64,000 nucleotides of DNA from Malacoraja senta (lineage: Eukaryota). Position 1 is the stretch's first letter. Each line of letters starts with the position of its first letter. The position numbers were made by a program, and so were the translations under genes. Where the stretch lies: positions 3,722,001 to 3,786,000 of the forward strand of contig CM075998.1 of assembly GCA_038087875.1 (NCBI GenBank). The letters run 5' to 3'. The notes beneath the pieces are model-generated. The model searched no databases. It saw only the letters and a program-made list of their open reading frames with translations, and was not told where the DNA came from. Below are positions 26,810 to 64,000 of this stretch, one piece after another.

Positions 26810-27560
26810 CATCAGTCAGACGTGGTCATGCTAGAAGTCAGCAAGAATGAGAGACGAGGGTTTTGGGTGCAAGTGCGATCTGGACGCTGCGAATCTGCAG
26901 TGGGCACGGCTGCGCGCGGCGCACGCCGGGATGACATGAGCCCAGAAGCTGGTGCTGCGGGTGCAGTCGTGAGAGACAGAAGCATCTTCCTTCCCCACAC
27001 ACATATACATGTTCACAGCAAAGGTCAGTTCTCTTTCAATTCACGATCGAGTACATAGCGTTCAACAGCGCCAGGTATTAAGCAAGGACGGCGCTTTGGA
27101 AGATCGCATTTTGGCAGATTCTTCCAATTGCACCTATTTTTTTTTTTTTTAAACGACAGCGGTTGCGAGTGTTAGCTATTAATTAACTATTGATTAACTT
27201 TAACCGGACCTGTTCTGAGAAAAGATCATTTGCAATTTGCTGGTAACGATTTGAAGTGATGGCTCGCGATGCTCATCTGTCAAGGAGCGGACAACAACGC
27301 CCCGGGACGCGCTAATTGGTCCGTCCGTGGGCGGGTGTATGAATTCCGGTTGCTGGTTGGCTCGTGGCAGTGTCAGTCACAGCGATGTCCCGCCCCCACG
27401 AGCGGGGATGACGGCGCTTTTCTCCTCCAGGGATGTTGTTCCAGACTTGCACACAGAGGGGAAATAAATAATAGCCGGGCGTGGCTTTTTTGGACAATGT
27501 TTTATTTGCCCAAGGTTTTCAAAGGGCGTAACGTTATTCGTGGCAGTGGTAGCAAAGTAT
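26810..27560. promoter_or_regulatory. CpG-rich promoter region of the dynein intermediate chain gene
   Basis: CpG-dense non-repeat stretch about 3.2 kb upstream of the first coding exon. GC boxes at about 27329 (gggcggg), 27388 (cccgcccc) and 27477 (gggcgtggc); reverse CCAAT (attgg) at about 27315. Confidence 0.7.
26880..27023 (+). other. Candidate non-coding first exon (5' UTR)
   Basis: Lies in the CpG region and ends at donor AAG|gtcagt (27024). The ATG exon has an acceptor 10 nt before the ATG, so an upstream UTR exon is required. The start position is a guess. Confidence 0.45.
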
Positions 27561-27802
27561 CGACCGCAACAGTGGCTTTCAGTCTGTCTGAAGTCCTTTT
27601 TATTCCGAAGATAGACACAAAAAGCTGGAGTAACTAAGCGGGTCAGGCAGCATCTCTGGAGAGAAGGAATGGGGCACGTTTAGGGTCGACACCCTTCTTC
27701 AGTCTGAGAGTCAGGAGAGAGGGAGTCTAGAGATATGGAAGGGCTAGGTGTGAAAAGGACAGATCTAAGCGGATGTTGTTGCAAGGACCCATTAGCTGTT
27801 AT

Positions 27803-28844
27803 TAGCAATGTTACAAAATTTTGAGATTTTAAAAATCAAGTCTGTAATTTATCCCATCAGATAAAGCATGAAAAGAAGTTTAATTTGACACCTAATTCAC
27901 TTTCATATCTTCAGTATTAAAACAGTTATGGCCATTTTCATACTCGGAAATTAGCATCTTGTTCCCTATTGCTTTTCCATTGACTTAACACAAAAGCTGT
28001 GATCGAGGACAGTCAAAAGCCCATAACTTTCTTAAAAATTAAGAGAACTGAAATAAATTTTCAGTTATTATAGATTGAAGCATTCTGAAACAAATATGAA
28101 ACAATCTTACTTAGATGACATGAAATTAAAGCATATAATTAGTTAGTTACCTAATTGTAGCTAATTACAAAATTCAATTACTAGATCTAAACATATATCA
28201 ATTTCTTAAGAATAGATTAACATTTTTAAATAGCCTAAGTGTCCAAATAACATTCACACAAAAATTCACAATATAACATAATTTTTTATCTCATTGTCAT
28301 GGATTTACAGGCCAAATGGAAGGAATTGAATGTTTAATACCTGTAAATTAATGGGAATTTATATCATCTTGCGAATGGGGATTTCTGGAACGCGATCATT
28401 TGGAACGTTCATTTGCGGTGAATTTAAGCCCGTATTGGCATGAAAATTATTGCCGTTAGTTCGGGGGGAAAAATCACCGTGTCGCATGTAAAAATGTGAA
28501 TTAAAGGCCTCTTAAGGAGAACGTTTATACATCAAAATAAACCACTTTCGTTTACCTGTCCCGTGTGTGAAATCCGTCCCCGTTATTGGCATTGACGGGT
28601 TCAGAAGATGATTTTAAAATGATTCCAACGCTGAACTTGTCGGGAGATTTTTAAAGCAAAATACTCAAAACGCCCCTCGGAACGATTCTTCCTCAAAAGC
28701 TTGTACTCCAACAAAATATAATTCAGGACAAGGTAGGAGAAACCCACGTTTTAACCCCGCCCCCCCCTTAAAGGCGCCAAAATCGCGCACACGGCCAGTG
28801 ACAGAATTACAGCGCCACTGAAGGCAAGTATTGTAACATACCTA
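27803..28844. mobile_element. Non-autonomous DNA transposon (about 1.04 kb) with TIRs and TSD
   Basis: Ends TAGCAATGTTACAA ... TTGTAACATACCTA (12/14 inverted match), flanked by the direct repeat CTGTTAT (27796-27802 and 28845-28851); no ORF of 60 aa or more inside. Confidence 0.8.
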
Positions 28845-30183
28845 CTGTTATTTGCACTTTATCAGTTTATTTATTCATGTGTGTATTTACGTATATAATG
28901 GTATATGGACACACTGATCTGTTTTGTAGTCAATGCCTACTATGTTCTGTGCGCTGAAGCAAAGCAAGAATTTCATTGTCCTATCAGGGACACATGACAA
29001 TAAACTTGCTTGAACTTGAACTTGAAGGAAATGCAGAATGATTCATTGTTGGCTGAGGGGAAGGTGACAACGGGGCGTACAGTCAGTAAAATTAATCAGG
29101 AGGACAGTGAAACTAGTCGGTGAACTAGGGTGGGGAAGAGAGGGGAAGCAAGGGTTACTTGAAGTTAGAGAAATCAACGTTTATACCGCTGGGTTGTAAG
29201 CTGCCCAAGCGAAATATGAGGTGCTGTACCTCCTTTTTATTCCTGTAGGAAGGAACTACAGATGCGGGTTTCCACCAAAGATAGATGCAAAATGCTGGAG
29301 ATACTCAGTGGGATGGGCAGCATTAAAAGAAGCGTCTCAACGCGAAACGTCACCCATTCTTTTTCTCCAGAGCATTTTGTGTCTATAAGAAATCCCCTGA
29401 TTAAGTAAAGTTCATACATTTTAAATTGAAAGTAGTTATTTGGAAAAAGATATTTAAAGGATGTAGGGACTGAGCACGAGAGCTTGGACACGTTGGCATT
29501 TGAAGGCTAAATGATCTTTTTTATGCTGTCGTGTTCTCCATGTTCATTGAACCACATCTCCTCAGATTGTTGTACAAGATAGTTATAATAATTGAATGTG
29601 GCACTTGGATCATTTTTGAATGTTTTGTTGTACCAGGAACCTCAGACTGCAGATGAATCAGTCAGAGTTTTGCTGCCTCTTTTGATTGAAATCTTGTTTT
29701 AGGCAGCTTATATTTCAACATGGCAACTTCTGTCATACACCTTGTAATAGTGCAATAGGGAGTTTTGTCTGAAGTTTTAAATAATACTGTTTATTTTTTG
29801 GGGCACATAGAAAAATAGGTGCAGGAGTAAGTAGGCCGTTACAAAGGAAAATGCCTTTTTTAGTAGTAGAGTACACAAACAATTTTGGAAAAATGGAGCC
29901 AGAAATGAGTCAAGTGTATCAATAAAAACATGCTTGTTACTAACAGATGTGGTAGTGACTCATACCAAACAATCCATTCCAGCTGAAACACTTGACTCCC
30001 CCAAATTGGAATCCATTTTGTACTCACAGAATGACAGCACAGGAAGCTGTTCAGACCTTGCTGGCTCCAGCAGATGAGTCTGAATTAGTCCTAATTGACC
30101 ACTCTTTCTTGAAAGCCATACAATTTTTCACTTTATTTATCCAATTCTCTTGGAAGTTGTTTTCACAACTCTTTCAGGCAGTG

Positions 30184-30717
30184 TAGTTTTGGTCTCCAAA
30201 TTTGAGGAAGGACATTCTTGCTATTGAGGGAGTGCAGCGTAGGTTCACCTGGTTAATTCCTGGGATGGGCGGGACTGTCATATGCTGAGAGAATGGAGCG
30301 GCTGGGTTGTATACTCTGGAAATTTAGGATGAGAGGGGATCTTATTGAAACATATAAGATTATTAAGGGTTTGGACACACTAGAGGCAGGAAACATGTTC
30401 CCGATGTTGGGGGAGTCCAGAACCAGGGTCCACAGTTAAGAATAAGGGGTAAGCCATTTAGAACAGAGATGAGGAAACACTTTTTCACACAGAGAGTTGT
30501 GAGTCTATGGAATTCTCTGCCTCAGAGGGCGGTGGAGGCCGGTTCTCTGGATGCTTGCAAGAGAGAGCTAGATATGGCTCTTGAAGATAGCGGAGTCAAG
30601 GGATATGGGGAGAAGGCAGGAACGGGGTACTGATTGTGGATGATCAGCCATGATTACATTGAATGGCGGTGCTGGCTCGAAGGGCCGTATGGCCTACTCC
30701 TGCACCTATTGTCTATT
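30184..30717 (+). mobile_element. CR1 LINE 3' fragment
   Basis: FWSPNLRKDILAIEGVQRRFT-type sequence plus 3' UTR ending ctattgtctatt; ends about 35 nt before the acceptor of the first coding exon. Confidence 0.88.
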
Positions 30718-30762
30718 AATTATACAACTGGTTAATTTGTTTTTTTTTTCAGGTGTGCTACT

Positions 30763-59888
<29,126 letters not shown>

Positions 59889-61340
59889 CTGGTTGTTCTA
59901 GAGGCTGTCACATTCAATTTATTAGTGGAGGATACAGCTTCCATGCTTACTAGCGCAAATAAGCTTTCTCTTTAGCCTCTCCTTACTAAATGATTATGTA
60001 GAGAATATAATATGTGGATTGTGCCAATTTCCTCATGCGATTCAATATATCTTCAGGACTTCCTACTTGGCTGGTAACGTGTTTCCTGTCCAGTTGTATG
60101 GTTAGTCTCCAGTGTCACTTGTGAATAAGCCCTCCTGTGTACGTTCTATCAGTAATTGCTCTTCCAGTAATCTAAGGCAGTAGTCTCCTTGACGTGTATG
60201 AGCAGTAGAGCAGATCTATACATCATGATTAGTGAGTGGTCCCGTAATCATGAGACTTTTGGGTTGGAAAGAATCACGATTGAACATGTTATGCTTGCAT
60301 TACTTACAACAGATCTTTTCATCATATACCATGGAAACTTGGAAGATATTCTGGCCTTTTATAATTAGAAAGCCCTCTTTTACAGGACTGAATTGCTGGA
60401 ACTTACCCAAGCCTCAAAATCCAGAAATTGATGTCACTTCCATGTTGTGTTGCAAAACTGGGTGTTAGGTGAAAGAATACATTAAAAAGTACCCACTTAT
60501 TTTGTAATGCACTATTGTTACATTCCTAGTCAACGATGAAAATCATTGTAATTTGTCACGTGTCCAAAAACATTTCAGGTTTCTTTAACATGTGGAATTT
60601 CTCTTCCAATTTGCAAGCTCCAAGAATGGATACGAAATTTAGAACCATGGGGACAAGCTGTAAACAAGGTTATCTGGTCACTGACTGAACAGGAATAGTT
60701 TGAGAGTGAAAACAAAAGAATGTAGGAGTTGTGAAATGCTGAGTAGATAGATGTGCCTGGAAAAATCAGTCTGGGCATGACCTCTATTCCCAGAGAGAAG
60801 AAAAAGGGGGGGAGCCAAACAAGCCAGGCCAATGTCACGGATGGATGACTGATATAGAGATAAATCAAGTTACCTGAAGTTGTAGAATTCAATATTGAGT
60901 TCCGAAGGCTGCAATGAGCCCAGATGGAAGATGCAGGGAGAAACTTCCCTTCCAGAAGCATCTAGAACTAGTCTTGGGGATCAGCCACTGGGATGGAGAT
61001 GAGGGGGGGTTATTTTTCTGAGGATTGTGATTGGTTGGAATGCTCTATCCCAGGCAGCCATGGGGTCCGAGTTAAGTGTGTGTAAGGCTGTGTTGGCCAG
61101 GTCATTGGATTACATGGAAGTGAGCATTGTGTGGAACTGGCAGGGAAGTGGAGCTGAGGCCATGGACCAGATTAGTGAGGACCTCAATCGCAGAACAGGT
61201 GAGAGAGGCTGGATACTCACCCTGCTCCTGTTCCCCACTTTATCATGGAAATATTCAACCCAAACATAACATCTTTAAAATGTTAACACTCATTTGACTG
61301 TTTCTTTAAGCCATTTCAATAAATATTGTTTTTATGTCAT
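59889..61340 (+). terminator. 3' UTR with candidate polyadenylation signals (ATTAAA 60481-60486; AATAAA 61318-61323)
   Basis: Hexamers downstream of the stop; the second is followed by a T/GT-rich tract. The site actually used is unknown. Confidence 0.4.
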
Positions 61341-62994
61341 TGGTAAAGGATGGGAGAACATCTTGTAATGTAGACAGACAATGCTGGAGAAACTCAGCGG
61401 GTGAGGCAGCATCTATGGAGCGAAGGAAATAGGCAACGTTTTGGGTCTCAACCTTTCTTCAGACTCATTGATGCAGAAAATAAACTGGTATAAGGGAGAT
61501 GGCTAAAGGTACACTATATCAAAGCTTGCAACCCAACAGTATAAACACGCTGAATTCTTGAACTTTAGGTAACTCCCTTCCCCCCCCCCCCTTACTGTGT
61601 CTCACCCTGGTGTGCCATGGAGTTATACAGCAGAGAAAGACCTTTCGCCCCCAACTTGCCCATGTGTGCAGTAATTTCTCCCACTATCCTGCCCTTTCCC
61701 CTTCCTCCATCCCACCCTCTGGCTTCACATTTCACTCTTCTCTCCTTATCATCCTTGTCTCCTTTTCATCTCTAGCCTTTGTCCACCTTACTGCCAATCA
61801 AACCCCCTCACCTGTGTTCACCTACCCGTTACGGACACGTAACACCCCCTATCCATGTTCTCCAGAGATGCTGCTGAATCTACTAAGTTACTCCAGCACT
61901 TTGTCTTTTTTATATTTTGTTCTGTCAGAATTGGAATTTTTTTAAACTAATGGAAGATCTACTTAAGTGTGGGGTGGAAACTATGGTCTGACACTATGGG
62001 ATCAAATAGTTTAAATTACTTGTACTTAAAATGATTAACAAAAGATGGGAAGAACTGGTTTCTCCACATACCCTTTGCAATTTGTCATATAATTAATTAC
62101 AAACAGAAGCAAAATCAGGATAGGATCAGGTTACCAGTCAGGTAGCAGTATTTTCCCAGTCCAATTAACCACCAAGGCTACACAGTGGATCCACAACTGC
62201 TATTTATTCACTTTGTGTTGTATACCATTCGCTCACTTAATTTGAAGGGAAAGCTGGAAAATATAACAAGTGCATTCCATGCCTAGGATCCTGGATGTTT
62301 CAACAAAATCTTTCACTATCTGCCTTAATATACTGGCTGCTTGGCTCCGTTCATGTCTAAAACAATAAAAACTAGCCTATTCGACTTGCTAACTACACTT
62401 TAAGCAGAGCTTAATTCTTCACATCTCTCAAACCTGGTTTCTGAAAAATATCGCCTGATTTTTTGCAAGTGTTGAGAAATTAATGTATGATGTACTTGTA
62501 TGTTTTTGTTGCAATAATGTGCAATTTGGATTTTAAATTAATTTGTATAATTATTTAATGCATATCAAGTACATTAAAAAGTTGTTAAATATTGTATCTT
62601 CATAGTTATAGCATTTCATAAAGCAATTCATTGTGTACAAAGCACTTTAAAACATTTAGACATAAGCTGGTTATATAAATGGAGATATTTTAATGAATTT
62701 TTGCTCACAATATAGTTCATTTCACCCTCCTGAAACTAGCTGTAAAATACAAGAAATATCTTGTTCCTATGAGATTTTTCAATCAATGTATTGCAAGCAT
62801 TATGAATGCAAATAAAGTACAGAACATTCCTTCAATATGCTTAAAATGCTTGTAGTTTCACTTTATTATATGGATGTGAAATGTACATGCTGTGGATTGT
62901 TACTTTGACATTACTTGGTTATTTAAACAGAGAAAGTCTTCATCTAACCTACAAATTATTATTTTTTAAAATTTACTTTTGATAATATCAAGTT

Positions 62995-63290
62995 TAGAAA
63001 GATGAGGGGGAGACCTCTTTGAAACTTACCAAATAGTGAAAGGCCTGGATAGAGTAGATGTGGAGAGGGTGTTTCCACTAGTGGGAGAGTCTAGGACCAG
63101 AAGGCACAGCCTCAGAATAAAAGGAGATGAGGAGGAATTTCTTTAGTCAGAGGATGGTGAATCTGTGGAATTCATTCCACAGACGGCTGTGGAGGCCAAG
63201 TCAATGAATATTTTTTAAGGCAGAGATTGACAGATTCTGGATTAGTACAGGTGTTATGGGGAGAAGGCAGGTTGAGAGGGAAAGATAGCC
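62995..63290 (+). mobile_element. CR1 3' fragment
   Basis: gagtctaggaccagaaggcacagcctcagaataaaagg...gtgaatctgtggaattc; similar to 8085-8390. Confidence 0.75.
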
Positions 63291-64000
63291 TTGTTCAATT
63301 TAAGGCTTAAATACCACAAGTCCATGTTAAAGTTTGAATATTTTTTAATACATTTATCCAATACAGTTTAATCATGAGTGCCTACTCTCTAATTGACCAA
63401 GATTACATTTCTATAACATGCAAGCTTACATTTTTTATCTTTAGCCACACAAAGCTGCCAGCTTCTTGTACACGGCAGAAAGAAAACAAAGCATCTGGGT
63501 TACAGGAAACATTATGCAGAACACAAACTTGTACTGGTGACAGTTCCAAAGATCTCAGGGTCCTTTTACCGAGGTTGCGCTTCCCAACTTTAAAAGTGGG
63601 CCGTTGATTTTCAGAATTGTCGCTTCGACTTTTAAACAGCAAATTCAAATCAGCAGTGCACTTTAGAAGCTCAAATTATTGGCCAACACTGCTCCCCTTG
63701 GGATCAAAGCACAAAGTGAAATCTGTGATACCGAAAGAGCCAAGAGACTGGCGGAGATAGTGAAACTAAATAATTGAAGTACTCTTCGAGAGATTTGAGC
63801 GAGCAGCCAAAAGCACTGTCACAAACATCGCTTTTGACAGTCTGGGCAAAATCAGATAGCAAAATACGATAATGTGATTGTTCAATAAGTAAGCAGAGCA
63901 GAGGAGAAATAAATGCATCTCCTTCAAATGATTATTATTTGCGCAATTAGACCAAGAAAAATATTTCAGGTGCACTTAGCATGTTATAAAAAGCTCAAGC

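Overview
This is vertebrate genomic DNA, almost certainly from an elasmobranch (skate or ray). The evidence is HE1-type tRNA SINEs plus CR1, Penelope and Rex1 retroelements. The one complete gene is a + strand cytoplasmic dynein-1 intermediate chain (DYNC1I family). It has a CpG-rich promoter at about 26.8-27.6 kb and 16 coding exons from ATG 30763 to TAA 59888. All junctions are GT-AG and phase-compatible; the longest form is 649 aa and the shortest 612 aa. The protein mixes DYNC1I1-type features (17-aa alternative acceptor extension, TLQWDTD exon) with DYNC1I2-type features and changes several residues shared by both, so it may be a third vertebrate paralog. The first 26 kb has no recognisable intact gene. 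It does contain a frameshifted orphan alpha-II spectrin (SPTAN1) exon at 20554-20755, a non-autonomous Helitron, a local duplication of about 290 bp and possible exons of a divergent antisense transcript. Penelope-derived elements with hammerhead-ribozyme core motifs occur throughout, some as inverted pairs. A TIR/TSD-bounded DNA transposon sits in intron 1. Comparisons with human or rat proteins are from memory and need confirming by alignment. Repeat boundaries are approximate.
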